In this document: positions 40,499 to 50,529 of the stretch, piece after piece | Layout: every line of letters begins with the position of its first letter | Numbering within the stretch: the stretch's first letter is position 1 | NCBI GenBank assembly: GCA_018653365.1 | Contig: JABIAG010000001.1 | Location: 698,231 to 762,230 of the forward strand | From: Candidatus Woesearchaeota archaeon | GTDB lineage: Archaea; Nanobdellota; Nanobdellia; Woesearchaeales; JABIAG01 | Length of the DNA stretch: 64,000 bases | Reading direction: 5' to 3' | Translations under genes and position numbers: made by a program | Notes under the pieces: model-generated | What the model was told of the DNA's origin: nothing | Databases searched by the model: none | Seen by the model: only the letters and a program-made list of their open reading frames with translations

Positions 40499-41791
40499 CT
40501 ATAACCCTTTTCTAGATTTATTCAACCTACCAACCCATTTTGAAAAAGTAAACCTAGCCGAACCATGATTCAGAATCAATGGTCGACTCACAGCTTTTTT
40601 ATATAAATCGAAAAGTTCAACCAAACTAAGTTTAACTAATTCTTCAATATCTCTTACTGCTGACGTTGTATTTGAATAATAAACTTCAACAAAAATATGT
40701 GCACCAATAACTCTGCCCTGCCAGTGAGCATTTATGGAAACCAGACAATCAAGATAATTAGAACTTGTCTTTTTAAACTGTTCCACTTGCTTAGCGGTAC
40801 CACGCACAACAGTATCTGCTGCCCCTTTTAAACCAGACAAAACTTCTGCTGCTTTAGTGACTACACTCTCGACCTTTTCTAATTCTTCTAAAGCTTTTGT
40901 ACGACAAACAGTTCTTACTGCATGTATATCTTCCGTACTTTTGAAAATAGTTTCAAAAAACTCTGCAAAACCTTCCCGTAAAATATAATCTTTAAAACCA
41001 TCTAAATAATCAAAAAGCTTTTGGGATTGTTTTATTAAGTCGACAACCAAAGCTCTTCTCTCTTCTGCAGCATCATCAACCCCCAGAGAATCAACGGCTA
41101 ACTTCAATCTGATCACATCATCATTTCGTCTGTCTCGTCTACCAATTTTATCCAGATTACGATTCTTAAACTGGTTCTTTTCATGTACTAAGTGACCAAT
41201 TTCATGAACTAAAGCGTGTCGAATAAACGCTTTTAATTCAATTTCCCCGCCCTCTAAAAGATAGAGGAAAACCAAAAGGAAATTAAGAACTATGTATCCG
41301 GAAGGCTCTGCTGCAACATAACAACCAGCATTAACTTTTTTTTCTTTTAATTGTTCTCTTAAAACTGCAACAACATTAGGAAAAAGGTTTCTTTTACTTA
41401 AAAAATGAATAAGATAATCTGTTCCTCGTCCTTTGAAAGGTAATGCTAAAACTATTTTGATCTCTTTTGCAATAGTGTTGTGTTTAATCTCTTTAATAAG
41501 GTCAAAACAAATATTCCAAATCTTTTCTGGCACTTTTCTGGCGTGTTTAATTTCAGTTTCCTCGTCTAACAATTCAGCCACATCAGAAGAGGTAATTAAA
41601 GTAATAAGAGGACCATGAACTTTAAAACCCAACACTCGCTTATAATCTTTTGATATTTGAGAAGCAAATTCTCCTCCTTCTACTTCAGACCTAGATTTAG
41701 AAAAATGTTTCGACCAACCAATACCAAAAGAACGATCTCGCAATCCCTGTAAAGCGCCAAGTCGATCGGCTTCTAAATCCCGTGCATTCAT
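40499..41791 (-). CDS. zincin metallopeptidase-like hypothetical protein
   Basis: HEIGH plus downstream EGFAEF (gluzincin-type third ligand). Confidence 0.6.
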   Translation of the reverse strand: MNARDLEADRLGALQGLRDRSFGIGWSKHFSKSRSEVEGGEFASQISKDYKRVLGFKVHGPLITLITSSDVAELLDEETEIKHARKVPEKIWNICFDLIKEIKHNTIAKEIKIVLALPFKGRGTDYLIHFLSKRNLFPNVVAVLREQLKEKKVNAGCYVAAEPSGYIVLNFLLVFLYLLEGGEIELKAFIRHALVHEIGHLVHEKNQFKNRNLDKIGRRDRRNDDVIRLKLAVDSLGVDDAAEERRALVVDLIKQSQKLFDYLDGFKDYILREGFAEFFETIFKSTEDIHAVRTVCRTKALEELEKVESVVTKAAEVLSGLKGAADTVVRGTAKQVEQFKKTSSNYLDCLVSINAHWQGRVIGAHIFVEVYYSNTTSAVRDIEELVKLSLVELFDLYKKAVSRPLILNHGSARFTFSKWVGRLNKSRKGL

Positions 41792-41925
41792 TTTTAATCT
41801 TAATCTTTTTGTGTTTATTAACTTTTTTATTTAAAATTTTATTAATTTTAAGAATCCAATTACTGTGCAATTCCATAGTAAAATATATAAACAACTAATC
41901 CAACATAATATAAAAGGGGTGAATA

Positions 41926-42360
41926 ATGTTATACTTAGGGGCAGATCATGCAGGCTTTAAACTAAAAGAAGCAGTCAAGAAATTCTTAGATAAAAAAGGA
42001 ATAAAGTATAAAGACCTAGGAGCAAAGGAATTAAATAATCAGGATGATTATGTGGAATACGCTTATGAAGTTGGTAAAAAAATAAGAAAAGGGGTTAAAG
42101 GGATATTATTCTGCGGAAGCGGCTTTGGTATGTGCATAGCAGCAAATAAAATAAAAAATGTAAGAGCGGTAAACCTGTATACAGTTCGTGAAGCAGAACT
42201 AGCGCGGATGCACAACGATGCAAACATACTATGCTTGTCAGGTTGGATGATCACAAGAAGACAGGCCAAAAAAATAATTACAAAATTTCTAAATACGAAA
42301 TTCAGTAAAGCGAAAAGACATGAACGCAGACTTAAAGAAATAAAAAAACTCAGAAAATGA
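41926..42360 (+). CDS. rpiB: ribose-5-phosphate isomerase B
   Basis: GADHAG, CGSG-x-G, HNDAN, RH-x-RR. Confidence 0.95.
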   Translation: MLYLGADHAGFKLKEAVKKFLDKKGIKYKDLGAKELNNQDDYVEYAYEVGKKIRKGVKGILFCGSGFGMCIAANKIKNVRAVNLYTVREAELARMHNDANILCLSGWMITRRQAKKIITKFLNTKFSKAKRHERRLKEIKKLRK

Positions 42361-43718
42361 TAAAGATAGAACCCTCAATCCTAGACATTGACGCAAGTAA
42401 ACTAAACTTTAAAAAGATCGAAAAATATGTAGAAAGAGTACATATCGATGTAGTCCCAAAAGGCAAGTATACTCCTACAGCAGTTAAGAGAATTAGAACT
42501 GAATTAGAAAAAGACGTACACTTAATGATTTTAGATGTTGAAAAAAACATAATTCCTTACAAAAACGCAGGAGCGTCAATAATTAATTTCAACGTCATGT
42601 CTGAAAACGTAATTGAAAAAATAAAAAAAATAAGAAAAGCAGGAATGAAAGTGGGCCTAGCAATAAACCCAGAAACCCATGTTAATGTTTTACTTCCATT
42701 TATTAAAAAAATAGATGAAGTTTTAGTCATGAGTGTTCATCCCGGTAAGGGAGGACAACGTTTCATTAACATCAGTTCTAAGATAAAGAAAATAAAACAA
42801 ATGAATCCTGATGTTTTGATAAAAGTAGATGGAGGAATAAAAGAGAGCACGCTACGTAAAATTAAAAATGCAGATGTGGCAATAATTGGAAGTTACATCT
42901 TCAATAAGAAAAAACCAATTGAGGTTATCAAAAAATTAAGTTTAAAGCATGTTGCAAACAATGTTCGTAAAGACATTATAAAAATGATAAACAAAGCAAG
43001 TTCTGGACACCCTGGAGGTGCGCTAGGAATGGCCGATGTGTTTACAACACTATATTTTGATGAACTAAAATATGATGTGAATAATGTTAAATGGGATAAG
43101 CGCGATTACCTTGTTCTGTCAAATGGACACATCTGTACAGCATTATATTCCTGTTTAGCGCGAGTAGGATTCTTTTCTCGCTCAGAACTAGAAGGATTTA
43201 GAAAAACTGGAAGAATGCTAGAAGGACATCCCTCAGTACACATACCCGGAATTGAAAACGGATCAGGACCACTAGGAATCGGGTTATCCCAGGCAGCAGG
43301 AATGGCACTAGGCTCCAGCAATAGAGTTTTTTGTGTTGTATCCGATGGAGAACAAGATGAAGGAAACAACTGGGAAGCAGTAATGCTCGCAGCAAAATAT
43401 AAGTTGGGAAACTTGATTACAATAATGGACAGAAACAAAATCCAACTATCTGGGAATACAAAAGAGGTAATGGAATTAAAAAATTTAAAGAAAAAATACT
43501 TAACATTTGGATGGAATGTTCGTTCAATAAATGGAAACAATCTCAAACAAATAAAAAAATCGTTACAATACAAAGGAAAGAAACCATTAATGATAATCGC
43601 AAATACTACCCCTGGAAAGGGAGTTAGTTTTATGGAAGGAAAATATGAATGGCATGGCAAAGCACCAAACGATAAAGAAGCAATGAAAGCACTGGAGGAA
43701 CTAGATGAAAGCAGGTAG
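42357..43718 (+). CDS. fusion of ribulose-phosphate 3-epimerase and transketolase N-terminal (TPP) subunit
   Basis: HIDV, DVHLM, MSVHPGKGGQ, VDGG; then SGHPGG, SNGH, EGHP, SDGEQDEG, WHGKAP. Confidence 0.9.
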   Translation: MIKIEPSILDIDASKLNFKKIEKYVERVHIDVVPKGKYTPTAVKRIRTELEKDVHLMILDVEKNIIPYKNAGASIINFNVMSENVIEKIKKIRKAGMKVGLAINPETHVNVLLPFIKKIDEVLVMSVHPGKGGQRFINISSKIKKIKQMNPDVLIKVDGGIKESTLRKIKNADVAIIGSYIFNKKKPIEVIKKLSLKHVANNVRKDIIKMINKASSGHPGGALGMADVFTTLYFDELKYDVNNVKWDKRDYLVLSNGHICTALYSCLARVGFFSRSELEGFRKTGRMLEGHPSVHIPGIENGSGPLGIGLSQAAGMALGSSNRVFCVVSDGEQDEGNNWEAVMLAAKYKLGNLITIMDRNKIQLSGNTKEVMELKNLKKKYLTFGWNVRSINGNNLKQIKKSLQYKGKKPLMIIANTTPGKGVSFMEGKYEWHGKAPNDKEAMKALEELDESR

Positions 43719-44592
43719 AGACGGATTCGGCGATGCACTACTAGCACTAGGAAAGAATAAACAGGTAGTTGCACTAACCGCAGATTTATCACCCTCTGTT
43801 CGAATGGACGCATTTAAAAAAAAATATCCTACAAGATTCTTTGATGTAGGCGTGGCAGAACAAAACCTAATCGGAGTTGCGTCAGGGCTGTCTCACGTTG
43901 GAAAAATACCATTTACATCCAGCTTTGGAGCATTCATGCCAGGAATGTGCTACCAACAAATTCGAACCACTGTAGCATATAACAATAATAACGTCAAATT
44001 AGTAGCAACTCACTGCGGAATCGACGTTGGAGAGGACGGAGCAATGCACCAAATGCTAGAAGATATAGCGTTGATGAGAGTCCTTCCCAACATGACTGTT
44101 GTGGTTCCCTGCGATTATAATCAAGCATACAAAGCAACACTAGCAATGGCTAAATTAAAAGGACCTTGCTACATGCGAGTAGGAAGAAGTAAAACAATGG
44201 AAATAACTTCCAAACGAACACCATTTAAGATAGGTCGTGCACAAACATTACGCAAAGGGAAAAAAGCATGCATTATTGCTTCAGGTCCAGTACTGTATGA
44301 TGCTTTGAAGGCAGCAGATGAAGTCGGCAATGTACGAGTAATTAACTTACACACAATTAAACCAATAGATACAAGAACTATTCTAAAAGCTGCAAAAGAA
44401 TGCAAAAAAATAATAACAATTGAAGACCACCAAATAGCTGGCGGAATGGGATCCGCAGTTAGCGAATTAGTTTCTGGCAAATGTGAAGTGGTTAGGTTAG
44501 GAATTGATGATGAGTTTGGTGAAAGTGGAAATTCTCAAGAATTAATGAAAAAGTTTGGGTTAACAAAAGAACATATCAAGAAAGCACTATAA
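43705..44592 (+). CDS. transketolase C-terminal subunit
   Basis: GVAEQN, GEDGAMHQ, IEDH. Confidence 0.93.
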   Translation: MKAGRDGFGDALLALGKNKQVVALTADLSPSVRMDAFKKKYPTRFFDVGVAEQNLIGVASGLSHVGKIPFTSSFGAFMPGMCYQQIRTTVAYNNNNVKLVATHCGIDVGEDGAMHQMLEDIALMRVLPNMTVVVPCDYNQAYKATLAMAKLKGPCYMRVGRSKTMEITSKRTPFKIGRAQTLRKGKKACIIASGPVLYDALKAADEVGNVRVINLHTIKPIDTRTILKAAKECKKIITIEDHQIAGGMGSAVSELVSGKCEVVRLGIDDEFGESGNSQELMKKFGLTKEHIKKAL

Positions 44593-47500
44593 CTACTTCT
44601 TAACAAAACCACTAAAGAAATACTTGCCATCAGGACCTTTCTCAAAAACATGATTGTCTTGAACAATTCTACTTGGAGAAGACTCCGAAGCAGACTCATT
44701 AACCTTGAAATGTAAAGCAGGCTCAAAAAACATGCCTCCTCGATTAACAAATTTAGGATTTGAAACACTGCCCACATTCTGAATAACAGTAGAAGAAATA
44801 ATCGACACCATACGTTTACCTTTCTCACTTAACATCTCAGACTCCATTGCTTTAGCCTTAATCTTCTTTATTTGATCGCTCTGAGTGGCAGCTTTAAGCT
44901 GTTTTAAAATCACTTTTTGATACCTTCGCAAAGTCCTTTGTGTACGTGCATCCTCTCCTTCTTGAATTGTGTAAAAGAAAACACCAATTAAATTACCCGC
45001 TTTATCAAACGCAAACTTGCTTTTGTATGCATAGCCTTTTCCCAAATGTCCTATTGCTGATCGTTCAGTGACTTTTGCAATCCATTCAGCAATATTATCT
45101 AAGTTCTTACTTGCCTTACGTCCCTTCCAATTATTAACCGAACAACTAAGTAAAACAACATTACCATTAGGTTTCATGAAGTTTTTAACCTCTCCAAAAA
45201 CATCTTCATCAGAACGATCCAAAATTGCTTCATCAACTTCAGGCATTTTCTTAAATGCTGCAATCGCCTCATCAATCTGCTTATCAGAATGCAAGCCAGG
45301 ATATTCTAAAGGATGAATTTGTCTCAACTCTTTCCGGAACTTTTTAAGATCTCCCAAAGTTATTGAAGATGGCGAACCATGACCTGCAAGAAACAAATGA
45401 GAAATTTTTCCTCGAAGTTCAGATTCATAGCGTTCAAGCATTTTTAAAATTTGAGAATCCTTACCAACAGAAAAGAATAAAACATTATGTGATTTATTAA
45501 GACTGCTCCAATCCATACCCTCAAAAGCACCCGTGTCATCAGATTCAGCTAAAAAAACAACACTAATTGGACGATTATCACTAAATAAAACCCCTGTTTC
45601 TTTTTGATGTTCCCGAATTAAAATTTGTGTTTTTAAAACATCCAAAGATAATTTATCCGCATTTACTTCCCCCTTTAAAACATCTCTTCGAGAAATATAT
45701 GCGTTAAACTCTTGAATCTCACTCAATAAGCGATCAGAGTCTACCTTAAGTAAAGCAGTTTTTCCTCCATACAATTTACTAACCTCTTCACCAACATCAA
45801 TACCTGAATCAATAGCAGATTCTATCTTCTTCCACTTAGAAGGTTTAACAAACATTGCAGTCTTAAAAAGTGAATCTGAAACCTTCTTCGCTTCAAAACC
45901 CTTGTCAAAAAACAACCGTTTAAGATTTCTAACTATTCCTTTAAATTTAAAATGATGTATTTCTTTTCCTGCATTGAATTCATTAAACCGTTTCCAAAAA
46001 TCAACTGCATCATCTTCGTCCATAAACTTCTGAACCGGAACATAAAAAAGCTTAAAAGAACCCCCAATTCCAAGAGAAACAAACTCACTAAAAAAGAATA
46101 TTGCGTTTGCAGAATTAGCCTTCTTAGCAAGACTTGGAAACCTACGATACAAAAAAGCAAGTCTCTGAAAAAGACGCAGACTTAAAGGACCAGGAGTAAA
46201 ATTTTCTTTTTTTAATAAACCCAACTCATTAAGCTTTAAAGCTGCTTTAACAACTGGCTCATCCCAGGATTCAAGTGCTTTAGCCTCAGCAAGGGAGTCT
46301 CTCTGCTTCTTAACAAAATCAAGGTACCATTTTTCATTCTCATCCGTCTTTTCAGCCTCTTTTTCCCACCAGTCTTTAACCTCAGCCAACTTATGTTGAA
46401 GATTCTCAATGCTAACACTCACAGAACCAATATCCTTCAGATTCTTTGAAGTAAGCATTTCCAAAGTAACCTGCACTAAAAGTACATAATCAGATTTACT
46501 CATTGAACTCTTAAGTTTTGACCACTCAGCTCCTTGTAGAATTGTCTTCTCTGCAAATGCCACACCATAAGTATGAGACAATTTAAACTTCTCAACATTC
46601 CTAGTTACATCCAAGGTTTGATCAACCTCTCTTACAGGAACAGACATTTCTTCTAACTCTTTAAGAAGTTGTAACAAGTAATCCTTTTTTTTAGAATCCC
46701 CTGCTTTAACAACCTTACGCAACTTAGCAATCCTAGCCTTAAAAGCATCAAGCTTATTCCCTTTGGAAATAGTCTCCAACTCAACCTGCATAGAAGAAAT
46801 CTGAGAAACAACATCAAAATCAACAGAAGAAGGACGAGCAGTCATAGGACCCAACAAAGACGAAGCAACAACACCAGTACGAACCAAATTCTTAATCAAA
46901 CCATTAGTCGCACCAACCATACGCTCAACAACACCCCACTCCTTCTTAGCAGTACGCCACATTCTACGCTTAATCTTTCTTAACGCAGAATCCTCAACAA
47001 CCTGCATCTTAGAAAACTTTGCCAACGCAGCATCATCCTGCTTTAAATCTTCAGAAACTAATTCATCTTGAGAAGCAAATACCTTCAACAACTTATGCTC
47101 AACCTGAAAAACATAATAAATAATTTGTTCACTCACCTCAGCACGAGAAAAAAGAAAACCCACCAACTTACTAAAATCTTTCTTAAACAAAGACAAACTC
47201 TGACGAAGCTCATCAGACTTTTTACCACCAAATTTTCTCAAAATACCAATATGCTTTGCTAAAACCTCTGAAATAGAACTCACATGACTATCCAACGCCC
47301 TCTTTTTACGTTCCCTGCGCTTAATTCGCTTCTCCAACCCCGAAACTGAAAGCAAAGTTAATTGTGAAAGAAGACTTCTATTCCTATGACGAACCTTTCT
47401 AAAATCCGAAGAAACATCTTCAAGAATTTGTTCAACCTCAAACAAAACCATCTCAAAACCATTAGTCAACTCAAGAATCAATAACTGCAAAACTGGACGC

Positions 47501-47847
47501 AACTCCGCAAAATCAGACCTTTCAGACAACTCCTTAAGCGAAGACAAAAACCCCTTCAACAAATTAAAAGGAGCTTCAACATCACTTTCCAACGCCACTT
47601 CTTCATTTAAAGCAATAGCCTTTAAAAATCCAAGAACCTCCAACAACAACTCATTACGATTTTCCAAACTAACAAAAAGCGTTTCAACCTTCTTTTTCGC
47701 AACATCAACAGACTCACCAGGAATCTTATTAGCCAACTCCTTGACAACAGCCAAAGTATCATCCAACTCTGAACTAGCCTTTATTGCCCGCCTAGCCTTA
47801 ATAAAACTCTTACGATCTAAACGCTTAGAACTACGTTGCCTAGCCAT
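44593..47847 (-). CDS. large coiled-coil protein with internal hydrophobic segment and C-terminal caspase-fold (DUF4347/C80-like) peptidase domain
   Basis: HLFLAGHGSP and VVLLSCSV His/Cys dyad; D-x-TGAF motif upstream; start uncertain. Confidence 0.6.
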   Translation of the reverse strand: MARQRSSKRLDRKSFIKARRAIKASSELDDTLAVVKELANKIPGESVDVAKKKVETLFVSLENRNELLLEVLGFLKAIALNEEVALESDVEAPFNLLKGFLSSLKELSERSDFAELRPVLQLLILELTNGFEMVLFEVEQILEDVSSDFRKVRHRNRSLLSQLTLLSVSGLEKRIKRRERKKRALDSHVSSISEVLAKHIGILRKFGGKKSDELRQSLSLFKKDFSKLVGFLFSRAEVSEQIIYYVFQVEHKLLKVFASQDELVSEDLKQDDAALAKFSKMQVVEDSALRKIKRRMWRTAKKEWGVVERMVGATNGLIKNLVRTGVVASSLLGPMTARPSSVDFDVVSQISSMQVELETISKGNKLDAFKARIAKLRKVVKAGDSKKKDYLLQLLKELEEMSVPVREVDQTLDVTRNVEKFKLSHTYGVAFAEKTILQGAEWSKLKSSMSKSDYVLLVQVTLEMLTSKNLKDIGSVSVSIENLQHKLAEVKDWWEKEAEKTDENEKWYLDFVKKQRDSLAEAKALESWDEPVVKAALKLNELGLLKKENFTPGPLSLRLFQRLAFLYRRFPSLAKKANSANAIFFFSEFVSLGIGGSFKLFYVPVQKFMDEDDAVDFWKRFNEFNAGKEIHHFKFKGIVRNLKRLFFDKGFEAKKVSDSLFKTAMFVKPSKWKKIESAIDSGIDVGEEVSKLYGGKTALLKVDSDRLLSEIQEFNAYISRRDVLKGEVNADKLSLDVLKTQILIREHQKETGVLFSDNRPISVVFLAESDDTGAFEGMDWSSLNKSHNVLFFSVGKDSQILKMLERYESELRGKISHLFLAGHGSPSSITLGDLKKFRKELRQIHPLEYPGLHSDKQIDEAIAAFKKMPEVDEAILDRSDEDVFGEVKNFMKPNGNVVLLSCSVNNWKGRKASKNLDNIAEWIAKVTERSAIGHLGKGYAYKSKFAFDKAGNLIGVFFYTIQEGEDARTQRTLRRYQKVILKQLKAATQSDQIKKIKAKAMESEMLSEKGKRMVSIISSTVIQNVGSVSNPKFVNRGGMFFEPALHFKVNESASESSPSRIVQDNHVFEKGPDGKYFFSGFVKK

Positions 47848-47950
47848 CCACAAAGAAACAAGTTCAACAACCATACACGACATCAAACAAACTAGTATTT
47901 AAATATTGTTATCCAAAACCATTATAAACTAAGTGTGAACACCTTTAAAC

Positions 47951-48385
47951 ATGGAAAACTTATGTCAACTAGAAGGAATGAGCTGTTTTGGATGCTGTGG
48001 AAATAGTTACAAAAGCGTTAAAGAAATCAAAGAAGACATTAAACAGAACACTGCAGAATTTAAAGAATGTGTTAGTTTAGAAGACTTTCGAGACAGATCT
48101 GGGAAGTGGGATTTACGAGAAAGCGGAGTGTGCAGAAACGTAATAGAAAATGAGGGCAAAATATTCTGTCCATTACACCCAAAATTTTGTGGTACTGAAT
48201 TAAGAGAGGATCATTGCGAACCAGAATATTTATGTAAAACATTTAAGGCATTTCAAAACTGGAAGGATAAGAAAAAACAAGAGTTTATCACATTCATAAA
48301 ATCCAAAAAACTAGATAGTTACAGATATTCCATATTAATGGATGCAAACAAATTATTAGACGAATTTAATGAGAAAACAATATAA
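47951..48385 (+). CDS. Cys-rich (YkgJ-like) hypothetical protein
   Basis: SCFGCCG, VCRN, CPLHP, C-x4-C. Confidence 0.7.
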   Translation: MENLCQLEGMSCFGCCGNSYKSVKEIKEDIKQNTAEFKECVSLEDFRDRSGKWDLRESGVCRNVIENEGKIFCPLHPKFCGTELREDHCEPEYLCKTFKAFQNWKDKKKQEFITFIKSKKLDSYRYSILMDANKLLDEFNEKTI

Positions 48386-48407
48386 ATAGTTCTAAATTTC
48401 CTGCTAT

Positions 48408-48779
48408 ATGCAGATAAGAAGAAGAGTAGCAAACTACTTATGCGGAACAGATGCTGAAGAACTAGCTAAAGAATGCACACAGCGAATAAATAACGCAATT
48501 CCCGTTAAAAGAAAGCGAATGTTCGAAATTGAGGAACTTGAAACATTAGAATTCTGGGCAACTAGAATGTTACCCAACTTAGTAACTTTAGGATCAATCG
48601 CATGTGGAAATTTGAAAGGAATCATGTTAAGTGAGGTAACCAGACATTATGGAAGCAAAGCTATTCGATGGTGGATGGAAAAAACCGCAACACGTTATGA
48701 ACAAATGTATGGTCCACTTAATAGAAATGAATTACCCGCACCACAATATCCTGGAACAAGCTTTTCTAAAAAATCTTAA
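48408..48779 (+). CDS. hypothetical protein
   Basis: 123-aa ORF with an upstream TATAAATA box. Confidence 0.5.
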   Translation: MQIRRRVANYLCGTDAEELAKECTQRINNAIPVKRKRMFEIEELETLEFWATRMLPNLVTLGSIACGNLKGIMLSEVTRHYGSKAIRWWMEKTATRYEQMYGPLNRNELPAPQYPGTSFSKKS

Positions 48780-49480
48780 CACTTAATCTTGCCGCCTTGC
48801 CAATCTTTTAGAACTAATCTTGCTGCACTTCTTGTATCAGGTAGGCCTTTCTTCAAAAGAAACTGACGCTTAATAGCCAACTCTTCCAAATCTTTTACTC
48901 CGTAATGATGTAGTAACCTAGGAAACTTTTCCAACAAATCATAAAACGCATCTTCAGGATCTTTAACCTTAGAAAAATCAACACTACCCTTCATGATACT
49001 TTCATCCTCCCGATAAGGAATAACTCCAGGAGTGTCAACCAACATAAACTGTTTAGCAGAAATATTCTGCTTACCCTTAGTAAAACCAGAAGAAGAAGAA
49101 GTCTTCGCAGAACCCCTGCCGTTTAAAGCATTAATAACAGAACTCTTACCAACATTGGGATAACCAAGAACTCCAACCAAAGGCTTTTCAACCTTTAATC
49201 GCTTACCCTCAATAATTATCATCTCTTTTAACTTCCTAATTCCATGATATTCCTTAGAAGAAACAAAAACTGCTCTTTTGAAACGTCGTTTAGCCAGTTC
49301 TAACACTGATTTATGTACTAAATCACACTTGTTTAAAACATAAATTAGGGGTTGTTTAACCTTATTAACGATTTCTTCATTAATAGTTTCATCAATATTC
49401 CTTGCATCCAACACTAATAAGATTATATCAGACTTTCTTAATACCTCATTAACAACTGTCCAAAAACGTGCCATAACCAA
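48776..49480 (-). CDS. circularly permuted RbgA/YlqF-family GTPase
   Basis: DAR, NKCD, GYPNVGKSS, DTPG. Confidence 0.93.
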   Translation of the reverse strand: MVMARFWTVVNEVLRKSDIILLVLDARNIDETINEEIVNKVKQPLIYVLNKCDLVHKSVLELAKRRFKRAVFVSSKEYHGIRKLKEMIIIEGKRLKVEKPLVGVLGYPNVGKSSVINALNGRGSAKTSSSSGFTKGKQNISAKQFMLVDTPGVIPYREDESIMKGSVDFSKVKDPEDAFYDLLEKFPRLLHHYGVKDLEELAIKRQFLLKKGLPDTRSAARLVLKDWQGGKIKC

Positions 49481-49505
49481 TATTTAACTAAGGATACTTT
49501 TATAG

Positions 49506-50165
49506 TTAACTGTTTGATAGATTAAAACTCTTAAAAACAAAATATTTGAAATCATCAGAAGAAAAATTCAGATAACCCACATCAATCGAAACGGGTTTAG
49601 ACTTACCAATAGGCAGTTCAGTTTTAAAAAGTTGAATTAATTCTTTAATTTCATCCTTAGATTTACTTTCTAAAAAACGAGCAACAGTGATGTGAGCACC
49701 CCAAGGCAGTCTAAATTCCATGCCTTTTTTTGATGCTTGATTAACAATCTGTTCAACAACCCCATAAAAAGCAGAATTAGGTTTTCCCGCAGCCACCCCC
49801 GCATCTTGATTTAATAACCAACAATCATAATCAACAACAACCCGTTCCAATAATGGCAAGCAGCCCTCAACAACTTCAGACAAACGCTCTAACATTTTCG
49901 TATCACATACAAAATCGTCTTTGGCTTGAAAAATAATAATAGTTGTATGCGCATTACTTTTGTCATATTTAATCGAACGTACTAGTTTAGAAACCTTATT
50001 TGAAAAGTCCATTATTTTATTGGTTATTTCATCTGAATGACGAAAAGCAATCATATATGCGCCTTGTCTGTGACTTTTTGGAACTACGCCTTTATCGCTT
50101 TTAATAAATGCCTTAAAACTCTCATATATCCCATCTTGCTGCTCAAGAAAACTTTCAAAACTCAT
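49506..50165 (-). CDS. 2H phosphoesterase-like protein
   Basis: AHTTI and AHITV motifs; probable start MSFESFL. Confidence 0.65.
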   Translation of the reverse strand: MSFESFLEQQDGIYESFKAFIKSDKGVVPKSHRQGAYMIAFRHSDEITNKIMDFSNKVSKLVRSIKYDKSNAHTTIIIFQAKDDFVCDTKMLERLSEVVEGCLPLLERVVVDYDCWLLNQDAGVAAGKPNSAFYGVVEQIVNQASKKGMEFRLPWGAHITVARFLESKSKDEIKELIQLFKTELPIGKSKPVSIDVGYLNFSSDDFKYFVFKSFNLSNS

Positions 50166-50220
50166 GAGTATATGAATTAAAGATAGTTTATAATGCTTAT
50201 GATATATTTTAAAAAGAAAT

Positions 50221-50238
50221 ATGGCCCCGCGGAACTCC
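50221..50238 (-). repeat. duplicated 3' end of tRNA-Ile (att-like scar)
   Basis: ATGGCCCCGCGGA followed by ACTCC equals the tRNA 3' end with the T-loop deleted. Confidence 0.6.
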
Positions 50239-50322
50239 AAACCAAGGGTCTTGTTCCTTGATCCCGCCACCAAGTACGATCTCATTACATTCAATCGCAC
50301 GAAAAAACAAAAAAAAGAAAAA

Positions 50323-50396
50323 TGGCCCCGCGGAGATTTGAACTCCGGACCTTTCGATTATCAGTCGAACGCACCACCAGACTATGCTACAGGGCC
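50323..50396 (-). tRNA. tRNA-Ile(GAT)
   Basis: GGCCCTG TA GCAT AGTCTGGTG GTGC G TTCGA CTGATAA TCGAA AGGTC CGGAG TTCAAAT CTCCG CGGGGCC A; no encoded CCA. Confidence 0.96.
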
Positions 50397-50529
50397 AATG
50401 AATTATAGGCTTGACGAACAACGCGAGGAAACCTATTTCGACGTCAACTAACGAAACGGTTGCCAGGGTGTGCTACTTAAGCTGTAATAAGAGAAAAACT
50501 AGGTTATTTTATAAATATTGCTGTTAAAC

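Noticed and set aside
50209-50451. 70- and 76-aa ORFs
   Set aside because: They overlap tRNA-Ile and its duplicated 3' end.
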